A DNA stretch of 64,000 nucleotides from Kofleriaceae bacterium (GTDB lineage: Bacteria > Myxococcota_A > Polyangia > Haliangiales > Haliangiaceae), in the NCBI GenBank assembly GCA_024762925.1, contig JANTGM010000010.1:1-64000 (forward strand), in the 5' to 3' direction. The translations under genes were made by a program, and so were the position numbers. The notes under the pieces were generated by a model, which searched no databases, was not told where the DNA came from, and worked only from the letters and a program-made list of their open reading frames with translations. How positions within the stretch are numbered: the stretch's first letter is position 1; each line of letters opens with the position of its first letter. Below are positions 19,110 to 29,025 of this stretch, one piece after another.

Positions 19110-19270
19110 GAGAAGGCGAGTGAGCGCGTTCTATGTTCATGAATCGCGCACTAGTGTCGGATTCAAAAATCTTGCTCGCGCTCGCTCGGTTCTTCGCCCT
19201 CTGGACGCCTTCGGCTCAGCATTGCTCAGCGCCTCCCTTGCCCCAGCAAGCTCGTTGTTCGCGTCTGGCT
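19110..19270. repeat. Interspersed intergenic repeat element (family-3 body plus a reverse MITE end)
   Basis: gcgcgttctatgttcatgaatcgcgcactagtg is the reverse complement of the MITE left end (agtgcgcgattcatgaatatagaacgcgc). The body ctcggttcttcgccctctggacgccttcggctc...ttgctcagcgcctcccttgccccagcaagctcgttgttcgcg matches 61340-61430 and the reverse complement of 44590-44700. Confidence 0.8.
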
Positions 19271-19315
19271 GTGCCTGCGGCATGTTGGTTGCAGTTCTCT
19301 CCGAACGAACTTTCC

Positions 19316-20401
19316 TTACAACGCATCGCCAGGAGGGCCAATGTTGCAGACGAGTGGCAGATGGTCGAAGAGCACATTTGGGTAGACGGCTGGAACACCG
19401 TCGATGCCGGCGCTGAAACAACTGCCTGTGAATGCATCACTTGCTACATAGTCGATCGTGAGGGAATTGGAGTACGTCGCAGGTGCAGAACTGCCATATG
19501 GCGAGACCCACTGAAATGGCTGGTTGCCGCCAACGAATTGGTTCCAGCGTTCTACGCTCTCATCAAGGATGCTTGGAATGCGCCCTGGGTCCGTATTGAA
19601 GTCACCCAAGACGACGTTCTGAGAGCCGTTTGCTCCCGGGGCTCCATCCATGTCGAGAAAGACCTGCTCAACTTGTTTTGCCCGGCATTCCGCATCGCTT
19701 CCTCCAACTCCAGAGGTGCCGTGCACATTAACGATCGTGACTTCTCCACCCGTGACGCGGTCAATGGTCGCGCGTGCGACGCGTGCACCTCCACCACAGT
19801 TGTTGATGGCAGTGCCATCGAGACCTTGCAAGCAGAAATCGGTGTCATCACACTGGCGGATGGAGCCAAAGCTTTTCTTAACGGCGATGCACTTGTCGTT
19901 CTTGTTTGGGTGACAAGCGATTTGATATCCGTTGCCCAAGAGAAGTTGCGCGACTGTTGGATCTCCCGGCGACCAGTTCTCACAAACAAAGCCTGTGCGG
20001 AACTGGCTCTCAATTGCCTCGCAGTCTCCTGAGTAGAAGATTTCTTGAAAGACCACGACGTCAGCTTGCACCGTTGTAAACCATGTCGTGACCGCATCAA
20101 TTGCTGGTTGCCAGGCTAAGCCGTCACCGTAGTGTTGGTCAGAAGTGTTTGCTTGCGCATCCCCATAGCCATCTCCATCGCTGTCATGCGCCAGCCCCGA
20201 TGTTGTTCCGGTGTTAAACGTGACAACGGTAAACCGCTGACTCTGCGGAGTTGCGTCCGCCGCTGGAGCCGCGTCGATTGCAGCAGCGCTTGCATCCGCG
20301 ACAACAACCGACTGGGCGTCGGGGAGCTCCTCGTTCGCACTAGAACTGCCACAAGCAAGAAGTGCCAGTGAGGGAAGAACCTGAGGCCACGTGCGGTGCA
20401 T
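19316..20401 (-). CDS. Endonuclease/exonuclease/phosphatase (EEP) family lipoprotein
   Basis: Lipobox LALLACGSS. EEP motifs VVTFNTG, VVVFQE, VNVHGTSG, VVLGDFN and a C-terminal DH are present. Confidence 0.6.
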   Translation of the reverse strand: MHRTWPQVLPSLALLACGSSSANEELPDAQSVVVADASAAAIDAAPAADATPQSQRFTVVTFNTGTTSGLAHDSDGDGYGDAQANTSDQHYGDGLAWQPAIDAVTTWFTTVQADVVVFQEIFYSGDCEAIESQFRTGFVCENWSPGDPTVAQLLLGNGYQIACHPNKNDKCIAVKKSFGSIRQCDDTDFCLQGLDGTAINNCGGGARVARATIDRVTGGEVTIVNVHGTSGVGGSDAECRAKQVEQVFLDMDGAPGANGSQNVVLGDFNTDPGRIPSILDESVERWNQFVGGNQPFQWVSPYGSSAPATYSNSLTIDYVASDAFTGSCFSAGIDGVPAVYPNVLFDHLPLVCNIGPPGDAL

Positions 20402-20581
20402 AACGATGCTTCTGGTACCACGTGGACGCCAACTGATGGTGCCGCAGAATCATCGGCATCATCGGTGCGGTCAGACAAACCGCATCTCGCCAATTGTCAT
20501 TCACCTGGATACCGAACGATAAGAGGTGTTTCGCTGCCAGCACCACGACAGTCGAATCCGCGCCAAGCTGCGACCTGTTTC

Positions 20582-21151
20582 CTATTTTTTTGGGCCGATG
20601 CCCAGCTCATCTGCATGGGGCCTAAGGGCGTCGATAATCATCTGGATGTGGGGCTTGAGTTCGACGTTGAGGAGCTCGACACCAGCATGAACCTCTTCGC
20701 GCTCAACACTGGCAGCAAAGCGCTTGTCTTTGAGCTTCTTGACGACCGACTTTGGAGTGAGGGTCTCGACGCCTTCGGGGCGCACCAGGCAGCAAGCCAT
20801 AACAAAGCCCGTGAGTTCATCGCATGCGAGCAGAGCGCGGTCGAGACTCGAATCATATGGCACGCCCCACTTGGTGTAGTGCGCGGAAATCGCGTGCGCG
20901 ATGGATTCCTCGCCGCGATCGCGTAGCCATTCCACGATGCGCTGTGGGTGCTGATCGGGCCAGGCCTCGTAGTCGGCGTCGTGCAGCATTCCGGCAATGC
21001 CCCAATCCTCAAGCGCTTCCTGCTCGCCATGTTGTTCACAGGCCGCACGCATCACAATCTCCACTGCACGTGCATGCTTGCGCAGCGACTCTCCTTGTGT
21101 CCATTCGCAGAGGTGAAGCCAAGCGGTATTGCGGTCGAGTGTCTTTGCCAT
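20582..21151 (-). CDS. HD-domain phosphohydrolase
   Basis: H...HD signature (LRKHARAV...GMLHDADY) plus a downstream acidic D (ACDELTGF); 189 aa. Confidence 0.6.
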   Translation of the reverse strand: MAKTLDRNTAWLHLCEWTQGESLRKHARAVEIVMRAACEQHGEQEALEDWGIAGMLHDADYEAWPDQHPQRIVEWLRDRGEESIAHAISAHYTKWGVPYDSSLDRALLACDELTGFVMACCLVRPEGVETLTPKSVVKKLKDKRFAASVEREEVHAGVELLNVELKPHIQMIIDALRPHADELGIGPKK

Positions 21152-21315
21152 CGCGCTCGACTATACGACGCACGGCAAACCTATGCGAAAGGCTCTGCGA
21201 AGTTGATGCTCGGCTCGGAATCCTCAGAGGACAACATAGGCACATTCGGCCCTGCGGGGGACACACTCGCACCAACGCTGCAGTCGCAAGAGAATCTTCC
21301 AAGGGGCCAAGGGCA

Positions 21316-23058
21316 ATGATATCCTCCTCGTCGCGAGGTGTGGATGCGAGGCAGTGCGTGACCAAGCGAAGTCGAACAAAACTTGTCGACGCCCTTGAAG
21401 AGTTGGTGGCTCTGCAGACTCTTGCAGAAGGGGGCCGTGCGAGCTTTCGGGCGCGCGCCTTTGCCCAGGCCGCCAAGGTTGTTGCAGACGACGCCGGGAC
21501 ATCCAACATGTCACTGGCCCGACTCAAGGCACTGCCTGGCCTTGGCAAGTCAACGGCCGAAGTGATTCAAGAGTACTTTCGAACTGGCAAGATTGCGCGG
21601 CTGGAGGAGTTGCGTACACAGTATCCTCGGGAACTCGTAGAGCTCACACGCATTCCAGGGTTGGGGGCAAAGACCGTTCTGCGGTTGCGCGATGAAGCTG
21701 GCATTTGCAATCTAGCGGGCTTGCAGAAGGCGATTCGCGAGGAACGCGTGGGCAAGCTACCTGGTCTTGGAGGCTGGACAGAAGAGCGCATGCGGACGGC
21801 GATTTCGCATATCGGTGCAAAGCATGATCGGCGGCCGATTCACATCGTCTTGCCCATTGCCGAGTCGATCCGAAACGAGCTTGCCCACCTACCAGAAGTT
21901 TCTGGAGCATATCTCGGTGGCAGTCTGCGCCGATTGGAATCGACGATTGCTGATGTTGATGTGCTCGTTGTCTCCGAAGAACCCGCAAGTGTTCTCTCGT
22001 TTTTTCTCGAGATGCCGCGCGTTACCGATGTGATTGTCGAAGGGAAACACATGGCGTCGGTCTACGTGGAAAGCGGACTGCAGGTGGATCTTCGCGTGTG
22101 CACACCAAACGAGATTGGTCCGGCGATGTTGCATTTTTCGAGTGGGCGCAATCACAACATTCAGCTTCGCATGCATGCGCACGATCGAGACCTCTCGCTC
22201 AATGAGCATTCGCTGCACCATCGCGGAACCGACGATGTCGTCTCACAAGGATCGGAAGAGGAACTCTACGAGCTTCTTGGGTTGCCCTGGATTTCTCCAG
22301 GGTTGCGGCAGGGACGCGGCGAAATCGCCGCCGCACTTGAGAACAGCCTTCCACATCTCGTTGATGTGGACTGCCTGCAAGGCGATCTGCGCACCAACTA
22401 CGACGAGTCAGAAGGCGTGGAGCTCGTGTTGGAGGCGGCTCGGGCGCTGGGCTACAGCTATCTGGCGATCGCAAGTTCTGCTGAGGAGTCCGCAGCAAAA
22501 AAGCGTGTGCAGTCAGAGGTTGGCCAGTGGCGCGACCGAACCTCGGACCTCTTGATTCTGCATGCTGGCGTGGTGGCAATCGACGATCAGGGATATTCTG
22601 AGTACTCAGAAGAAGACCGAGCCAACTATGACTTCTGCATCGCCTTGCTCGACGGGCACCACCAGCTCTCGGAGTCAGAGCAGACCGAGAGGTTGATCAC
22701 GGCGATGGAGGATCCCGCAGTGCGGATTCTGGCACAGAGTAGTGGTCGTCAAATCGGTGAGTTTCGCGGGATTGAGTTTGATGAGCGAGCGGTACTTGAA
22801 GCCGCAAGGGAAAATGATGTGGCGATTGAGATTGGCTCGGAATTGACCCGACTCGATCCACCGTCCGCGTTTATTCGACGAGGTAGCGAAGCGGGTAATC
22901 TCTTCGTGATTAGTTCCTGCGCAAAAAACGCTGAGGAACTGCAGCAAATTCAGTACGGCATTCGACACAGCCATCGCGGATGGCTCGATCGAGCCATGTG
23001 CATCAATACATGGAAGCGGGCCCGGTTTGAGGAATGGCTGCAGGCGCCGTATTCGTAG
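21316..23058 (+). CDS. polX: DNA polymerase X family protein with a C-terminal PHP (3'-5' exo/phosphoesterase) domain
   Basis: Helix-hairpin-helix motifs (LPGLGKSTAEVI, IPGLGAKTVLRL). Pol-beta palm motifs (GSLRRLESTIADVDVLV, DLRV). The PHP region carries His/Asp clusters (LHFSSGRNHNIQL, DGHHQ). ATG at 21316; the longer ORF-track start would overlap the convergent HD gene. Confidence 0.8.
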   Translation: MISSSSRGVDARQCVTKRSRTKLVDALEELVALQTLAEGGRASFRARAFAQAAKVVADDAGTSNMSLARLKALPGLGKSTAEVIQEYFRTGKIARLEELRTQYPRELVELTRIPGLGAKTVLRLRDEAGICNLAGLQKAIREERVGKLPGLGGWTEERMRTAISHIGAKHDRRPIHIVLPIAESIRNELAHLPEVSGAYLGGSLRRLESTIADVDVLVVSEEPASVLSFFLEMPRVTDVIVEGKHMASVYVESGLQVDLRVCTPNEIGPAMLHFSSGRNHNIQLRMHAHDRDLSLNEHSLHHRGTDDVVSQGSEEELYELLGLPWISPGLRQGRGEIAAALENSLPHLVDVDCLQGDLRTNYDESEGVELVLEAARALGYSYLAIASSAEESAAKKRVQSEVGQWRDRTSDLLILHAGVVAIDDQGYSEYSEEDRANYDFCIALLDGHHQLSESEQTERLITAMEDPAVRILAQSSGRQIGEFRGIEFDERAVLEAARENDVAIEIGSELTRLDPPSAFIRRGSEAGNLFVISSCAKNAEELQQIQYGIRHSHRGWLDRAMCINTWKRARFEEWLQAPYS

Positions 23059-23230
23059 GCCTTGCTAATCGGGATTCCCAAAAACGAGAACGTGGAGAAG
23101 CTCTTGTGGGGCAGAGGGTCGCAAGATCCCGTGGAGGAGCTGTGCAAAGCCCTTTCGTGGGCATCGTGATTGTTTTGGCCGCCTAAAGAATTTGCTCAAA
23201 GGTTGAGCTTGGCAGAGTCGGCCTTAGCCC

Positions 23231-24424
23231 CTAAGGAGCTATGGCGAGTTTCCGCTTGGTATTCATGCGCACCGCCAGTCGCTTGGCGCCCCACGTGCCC
23301 GGCGTTTCTTCAAAAAGACCGGCACAGGCTTCACCACAGCGGTTGCAGCATCCCTTAGCGTCGAGATTCCATTCGCTCAGCTGATACCAGTTGCGGCCTA
23401 CAAGGCGCTGCTGACACCCGTGACAGTAGGTGCTGTGTCCTTCTTCGTCATGCACGTTGCCCGTGTAGACGTAGCGAATCCCGTATTCCTGGGCGATGGA
23501 TCGCGAGCGGCGCAGGCTCTCTTTGGACGTTGGATCGCGATCACGCATGCGGTAGTCGGGGTGAAAGGCGGAAAAGTGCCATGGCACATCGACTCCAATG
23601 TTTTCCACAATCCACTGACAAGCGTCGTGAACTTCGTGCTCAGAGTCGTTCTCCCCTGGGATTAGCAGTGTTGTGATTTCAAACCACGTATCTGTTTCGT
23701 GCTTGAGATACGTGAGCGTGTCGAGGACCGGCGTGAGCTTGCCTGTGCAAAGTTTCTTGTAGAAGTCTTCTGTGAACCCCTTCAAATCGACATTGGCCGC
23801 ATCGATGTGTTCAAAGAACTCTTTGCGAGGTTCGTCGTGAATGTAGCCTGCTGTGACCGCAACAGTTTTGATGCCGAGATCGTGACACGCCAGCGCTGTG
23901 TCGACCGCATACTCTAAGAAAATTACTGGATCGTTGTAGGTGAAAGCGACAGACTTGCAGTTGTTGTCTTTCGCTGCCTTGGCGATTGCCAGTGGCGTGG
24001 CTGCGTCGGCGAGAGTGTCAACCTCGCGGGACTTGCTGATGTCCCAGTTCTGGCAAAATGTGCACGTCAGGTTGCAGCCAGCGGTGCCAAAGGAGAGCAC
24101 GGGGGTGCCAGGGAGAAAGTGGTTCAGGGGCTTCTTCTCAATCGGATCCACACAGAACCCGCTGGAGCGTCCATAGGTGGTTAACACCATTTCGTCGCCT
24201 TCACGGGCACGCACAAAGCAGAGTCCCCGCTGCCCTTCCTTGAGCTTACAATCCCTGGGACATAGGGTGCACTGCACCTGCCCATCAGCTGTCCTACGCC
24301 AATAGCGCGCTGGAAAGTGACTTGCATCTGTCTCGTTCGTATCCACTCTGTACAAGGTGCGACCTAGATTGAGGAAGTCAACTATCATGTCCCAAATGCT
24401 CAGACCGCCCGCCGTTGCAGGCAC
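23231..24424 (-). CDS. AmmeMemoRadiSam system radical SAM enzyme
   Basis: CxxxCxxC cluster CNLTCTFCQNW. N-terminal ARYW...DGQVQCTLCPRDCKL and a C-terminal CxxC (CHGCQQRL) fit the AmmeMemoSam_rS family. It is divergent from Memo/AMMECR1. Start uncertain (24424 GTG or 24388). Confidence 0.8.
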   Translation of the reverse strand: MPATAGGLSIWDMIVDFLNLGRTLYRVDTNETDASHFPARYWRRTADGQVQCTLCPRDCKLKEGQRGLCFVRAREGDEMVLTTYGRSSGFCVDPIEKKPLNHFLPGTPVLSFGTAGCNLTCTFCQNWDISKSREVDTLADAATPLAIAKAAKDNNCKSVAFTYNDPVIFLEYAVDTALACHDLGIKTVAVTAGYIHDEPRKEFFEHIDAANVDLKGFTEDFYKKLCTGKLTPVLDTLTYLKHETDTWFEITTLLIPGENDSEHEVHDACQWIVENIGVDVPWHFSAFHPDYRMRDRDPTSKESLRRSRSIAQEYGIRYVYTGNVHDEEGHSTYCHGCQQRLVGRNWYQLSEWNLDAKGCCNRCGEACAGLFEETPGTWGAKRLAVRMNTKRKLAIAP

Positions 24425-25175
24425 GTTTTACTCTTCCAATCGCAATGACTTAGCCGCTGCGGTGCACGGATACTTGGATGAGGCTCCGGCTCTCACGCTC
24501 ACACCAAAAGCGCTCATTGTGCCTCATGCAGGCCATGTGTATTCCGGCCCAATCGCCGCCACAGCCTTTCGCTTGCTTGTGCCGCTTGCGCAAACGATTT
24601 CGCGGGTTGTGCTCATGGGGCCCTGCCATCGGGTCGCTGTTGATGGGCTTGCGCTCTCCAGCGCCGATCGGTTCTCAACGCCTTTGGGCGAGGTGGATCT
24701 CGATACGGCCGGAGCTGCAACCCTCGCCGAGCTGTCATGCGTGGGCTACTCCGATGCCGCTCACGCCCAGGAACACAGTCTCGAAGTGCAGTTGCCATTT
24801 CTTCAACAAACGCTCGGCCCGTTTCGCCTTCTTCCGATTGTGTGTGGTCGCGCAACTACTGCACAAGTTGCGACGGTGCTTGACGCTGTCTGGGGTGGGC
24901 CTGAAACGCTTATCTTGATCTCATCGGATTTGAGTCACTTTCACGATTATGAGACTGCTCGGCGCATGGATCTTCAGGCGACTCGGGCGATTGAAGAGCT
25001 CGCTCCAGAAAAACTCGCAGACGTGAATGCGTGTGGGGCCACGCCTGTTCGCGGCTTGTTGCAGGTGGCGCGCAACCGGGGGCTCGTCGAGACGACACTG
25101 GACGTGCGCAACTCCGGAGATACGGCTGGGGCGAAAGACCGAGTTGTCGGCTATGGAGCCTACAGTTTTGCCTAA
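24387..25175 (+). CDS. MEMO1-family protein (AmmeMemoRadiSam system protein B)
   Basis: RBS GAGGAAG precedes the ATG at 24387. The motifs AGTFYSS and PHAGHVYSGP are typical of Memo. Confidence 0.8.
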   Translation: MSQMLRPPAVAGTFYSSNRNDLAAAVHGYLDEAPALTLTPKALIVPHAGHVYSGPIAATAFRLLVPLAQTISRVVLMGPCHRVAVDGLALSSADRFSTPLGEVDLDTAGAATLAELSCVGYSDAAHAQEHSLEVQLPFLQQTLGPFRLLPIVCGRATTAQVATVLDAVWGGPETLILISSDLSHFHDYETARRMDLQATRAIEELAPEKLADVNACGATPVRGLLQVARNRGLVETTLDVRNSGDTAGAKDRVVGYGAYSFA

Positions 25176-25770
25176 CAGCGGCACAGGTCAGCACATTGCC
25201 GACAATGATCGGGCAAGCCTTCTGGCGGTCGCACACCGAGCTGTGGCTCATGGAACGGAGTCGCGGCATCCTCTAGATATTCGCTCGGAAAAATTCTCAG
25301 AGGCTCTCGAGGCGGTAGAAGCCGCATTCGTATCCGTGTATGTCGACGGGCAGCTGCGCGGCTGCACCGGAGAACTCGAAGCTTATCGAAGCCTTGTCTC
25401 GTCGGTTGTGCACAATGCACACCGGGCCGCTTTCCTCGACGACAGATTTCCCGCAATCCAGGCAGCGGAGTTGCCTCGTTTGCGCATTCGCATTTCGGTG
25501 CTCACGCCCCAGGTGCCCTTGGAGTTTCGCGATGAGAACGACTTGCTTCGCAAGCTTGAGCCGGGCGTCGATGGTCTAACGATCCGAGCCAATGGGCGCC
25601 AGGCAACCTTCTTGCCGTCCGTTTGGGACACCGTTTCTGTGCCCGCTGAGTTTCTCGCTCATCTCAAGCATAAGGCGGGGCTGCCACTCATACCGATACC
25701 TGGACTAAAAGCCATGCGTTATCAGACCGAGAACTTTGGCGATGACGAACGAGCAAGCCAGCCTTCATGA
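25153..25770 (+). CDS. AMMECR1-domain protein (AmmeMemoRadiSam system protein A)
   Basis: The FVSVYVDGQLRGCTGEL block matches the AMMECR1 RGCIG core. The gene overlaps the Memo 3' end by 23 nt (translational coupling). Confidence 0.75.
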   Translation: MEPTVLPNSGTGQHIADNDRASLLAVAHRAVAHGTESRHPLDIRSEKFSEALEAVEAAFVSVYVDGQLRGCTGELEAYRSLVSSVVHNAHRAAFLDDRFPAIQAAELPRLRIRISVLTPQVPLEFRDENDLLRKLEPGVDGLTIRANGRQATFLPSVWDTVSVPAEFLAHLKHKAGLPLIPIPGLKAMRYQTENFGDDERASQPS

Positions 25771-25883
25771 GCTCACAACGAACGAGCTTGTCAATGTGAT
25801 GAATCGCTCGCAGCCGCATCGCTTGAGGTAGTGGCTGGCATGCGTTCCGCCTTTTTGCGTGCGCAATTCGCAATATTGAAGTG

Positions 25884-26315
25884 CTAGAAGACTGACTTCG
25901 TTCTGCACAAGTTGTCGCGACACTCGGTACGAATCTGGGATGGAGTGGCTGCGTTGCCATCTTCAGTTTGTGGCGGTCTGGCCGGGCAGCCACAACCAGG
26001 GAAGAGTGCACTGCACTCCGCCTCCGATGTTGTGAACGCATCAACAGCAGAGGCATTGATGCCAACTGCTTCGGAATTGCCACAGCAGTCGGTTTGGTGG
26101 AACACCATGGCGCAATCGTTGACATCGACACAGGACTTGTCAGCGGGTGCAAAGGAGACTGGTCCAGCGCTGCACGTGAAGGTCTGAAGTCCATCAGAGG
26201 AGCCATCCACACTTGGTGTACCCGCATCCACCCCAGAGGCTGGTCCCGAACCACCCTGACAAGCTCCAGCGAGAGCGACAACAACAACCAGGGGCGAGAT
26301 GTGAGTAGCGAGCAT
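25884..26315 (-). CDS. Cys-rich secreted lipoprotein, unknown function
   Basis: Lipobox VVVALAGACQGGSG. There are 12 Cys, including CAMVFHQTDCCGNSE and FPGCGCPARP. Confidence 0.5.
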   Translation of the reverse strand: MLATHISPLVVVVALAGACQGGSGPASGVDAGTPSVDGSSDGLQTFTCSAGPVSFAPADKSCVDVNDCAMVFHQTDCCGNSEAVGINASAVDAFTTSEAECSALFPGCGCPARPPQTEDGNAATPSQIRTECRDNLCRTKSVF

Positions 26316-26527
26316 TCGCTAGGACCGTATCAGTTCAACGCGGTTTTGTTGAGCACAAGCAACCACAGTCGTCGGCAGAAAGGTTTCGACAGAACTGATG
26401 TTAGGTGTTGAAGAATCTCACTCGCTCGTGCCAGCGGCGCAGAATTGCTCGCGCTTGTTTGGTCCATGCCATGGCCAAAGAGAGAGCTGGGCATGGCTGT
26501 CAGAATTGAATTCGCCACGCGCAAAGG

Positions 26528-28660
26528 TTGTGGCTTGTCAGCTATAATTCTCTCTTGGCTGAGGAGCGCATCGATTCGTACGCAAGCAATGCGCTCCCCA
26601 TTGGTACTGCGTTGCTCACCTTGCTCTATTTGGTGCACACACTTCTGTACCTCTCGGGCACAACGAACCCTGACGGCTCAGAAGCACCTGCAGGCCTGGC
26701 ACTTGTGACAGGCGTTTCGACTTTCATCTTTGCCGGCGCATCACTCTATGCCTTTCGAGACCATCGCAACCGAGCAATGGATTCGCATCTGATTGGTGTT
26801 TGTGCGTTGCTGGTTCTCGCGAATGTCACCATTCACTTTGGTGCGAGCAAAGATATCTGGCACGGCTACAACTTCATCTTCTACCAGATCGCTGTTGGTG
26901 CTCTCATCACCTCGACACCGTGGCTGCTGGTGTTGTTGGCTCTCACAGCTGTGTCGGGCGCGGGTGCAGCGTACGTTGGCTTGGGAAGCGTGCCCTGGGG
27001 CTTGTTTGTCGCAATGGCAACCATTGGTTCCCTGTTGAGCATCTTGCTGCACGCTACGCGTCGTTATGCAGTCGGTCGATTGCAGAAGATGACCATACAA
27101 GCCGAACGCAGCCAGCGAGAAGCCGAAGCGGCCCTGAGGGCCTCTGAGGAAACAGCTCGCAGTCTCGAACGTGCGCAACACGACATGCAAGGCATTCTAG
27201 ACAAGAGTCCCGAGGCTATCTTGATTCAAAGGGATGGGAAAATTGCTTACATGAATCCGGCGTTCCTTGACTGTCTCCGGATCGATGAAGACGACGCAAT
27301 CGGGCAACCCGTCCAGACGCTCTCGCTTGATGGCAAGAGCCTACCGATGACTCGAACGCAAGCCATGCTCAAGCGCACTGATGGACAGGCGGTCTTGATG
27401 CAGCTGTCAGAACCTGCCTTGGTTCAATACCAAGGCCACAGCTCATCGCTTGTCATGGGACGTGACATCACCGAGAAAGACAGCGAACTACAGGCCAAGC
27501 TCGTACTCGCGGATCGAATGGCTGCAGTGGGAGTGCTTGCTTCGGGCGTCGCCCATGAGATCAACAACCCCATGGCATACGTCCTCGGAAACCTCGAGGT
27601 ATTGGACGCCGACCTCAACGCGCTCACTCCGGGGATGAAGGATGAACACCGGACTGAGCTTCGTGAACTCATTGCGGACTGTCTTCACGGTGGCCGACGA
27701 GTTGGTGAAATCGTCAAAGAGCTGCGGATCATTGCGCATCCGGAGGACTCAGAGTTGGCTGGCGATTTGTGCCAAGCGATCAAGTCTGCTGAGAGGATGG
27801 CCAGCAATCACATCCGTCACAAGTCGAGCAGCATGGTGGTGTCGATTCCCGATGATGTGCCCACGGTTGCAGCGAGTACCGCAAGGCTCTCGCAAGTCTT
27901 TCTCAATCTCCTCATCAACGCCGCACAATCTCTTGATGCGAGAGACTCTCGTAATCAAATCACCGTAACGGCTCGCGTCGCTAAATCGGCGACTGCCATT
28001 GAGGTCGAAGTGCGCGACACCGGATCGGGTATGACGCCCGAATCTCAGAGAAGGCTATTCGAGCCCTTCTTCACCACCAAAGACGTAGGAGAGGGTAGCG
28101 GCCTTGGACTCTATTTCTGTCGCAATGAGATGGCTCGGATTGGTGGCACGATTGGCTTTGAGAGCGAGGTTGGTGTTGGGTCGAGTTTTCGAGTCACGAT
28201 TCCCATCGCGGAAGGCACCGATAGGGAGAAGGTATCAGTGTCGTCGCACGTCACCCCCTCAAAACTCGGCGTGCTAATCATCGATGATGAGCCATTGGTC
28301 GCTCGGTCGTTGGGGCGATTGCTTGTTGGTCACGACGTGTCGATCGCCAGAACAGCAGCCGAAGCGTTCGAACTACTGGACAAGAAGGACTTTGACATTA
28401 TCTTTTGTGACTTGATGATGCCGGAGGTCTCGGGCGCTGAGCTCTACGAGCAAGTCACGACGAAGCGAAGCGAGCTCTCAGAACGATTCGTATTTATCAC
28501 GGGAGGCTCTTTCTCTCCTGGCAACGACGCGATGCTAGAGAAACGCACCAACCAAGTGCTCTACAAACCGTTCACAAAGGTGGCTCTTGAGGCGGTGCTC
28601 GCAAATGCTACTAGGCGCCGTGAGGAAACTCCGTCGACGGCTATGACTTCTGGTCCTTGA
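26528..28660 (+). CDS. Membrane-bound hybrid sensor histidine kinase (TM-PAS-HisKA-HATPase-REC)
   Basis: N-terminal TM helices. The PAS segment has the coiled linker EAEAALRASEE. The H-box is GVAHEINNPMAYVLGNLE. The ATPase N/G boxes are LLINAAQSL, DTGSGM and GSGLGL. The C-terminal receiver is VLIIDDEPLV...CDLMMPEVSG. Confidence 0.85.
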   Translation: MWLVSYNSLLAEERIDSYASNALPIGTALLTLLYLVHTLLYLSGTTNPDGSEAPAGLALVTGVSTFIFAGASLYAFRDHRNRAMDSHLIGVCALLVLANVTIHFGASKDIWHGYNFIFYQIAVGALITSTPWLLVLLALTAVSGAGAAYVGLGSVPWGLFVAMATIGSLLSILLHATRRYAVGRLQKMTIQAERSQREAEAALRASEETARSLERAQHDMQGILDKSPEAILIQRDGKIAYMNPAFLDCLRIDEDDAIGQPVQTLSLDGKSLPMTRTQAMLKRTDGQAVLMQLSEPALVQYQGHSSSLVMGRDITEKDSELQAKLVLADRMAAVGVLASGVAHEINNPMAYVLGNLEVLDADLNALTPGMKDEHRTELRELIADCLHGGRRVGEIVKELRIIAHPEDSELAGDLCQAIKSAERMASNHIRHKSSSMVVSIPDDVPTVAASTARLSQVFLNLLINAAQSLDARDSRNQITVTARVAKSATAIEVEVRDTGSGMTPESQRRLFEPFFTTKDVGEGSGLGLYFCRNEMARIGGTIGFESEVGVGSSFRVTIPIAEGTDREKVSVSSHVTPSKLGVLIIDDEPLVARSLGRLLVGHDVSIARTAAEAFELLDKKDFDIIFCDLMMPEVSGAELYEQVTTKRSELSERFVFITGGSFSPGNDAMLEKRTNQVLYKPFTKVALEAVLANATRRREETPSTAMTSGP

Positions 28661-28891
28661 CTACAATGCGGCAGTTTCCAAGCCAGCTTGCGATATTGCC
28701 CTTGCCCCAATAGTTGGGTTTTTGTTCTTGGCGAGGGAGCGACGTTGCAGCTCTATGGACGCTCGCAACTCCATAGTCGTTGGCGTGGACAGGCTGCGCC
28801 ACCAGCAAAAGCAACAAGAGGCCCACGAGCAGAATCCGCATGAGGCCTAATACGAGCGGGGGCTTCATCCGTTGCCTCGTATCTCGGCTTT

Positions 28892-28934
28892 CGTGCTCCA
28901 GAGCGAAGCATGTGGAGTGCTCCAGAGCGAAGCA
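28892..28934. repeat. 18-bp direct repeat (gtgctccagagcgaagca x2, spacer tgtgga) about 95-135 bp upstream of the MVP start
   Basis: Read directly: cgtgctccagagcgaagca tgtgga gtgctccagagcgaagca. Confidence 0.6.
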
Positions 28935-29025
28935 GCCAGTCATGCGCGTCTCGAACTTCCGCGCACCTAGCCCCGGCATACGACTTGCTCTCATGCACCG
29001 CGAACCCCAGAAAGGACGATTGCTT

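Noticed and set aside
20824-21315. N-terminal 164-aa extension of the PolX ORF
   Set aside because: The extension is Arg/Pro-rich, overlaps the convergent HD-domain gene and precedes a good ATG at 21316. The conserved PolX domain begins only after it.
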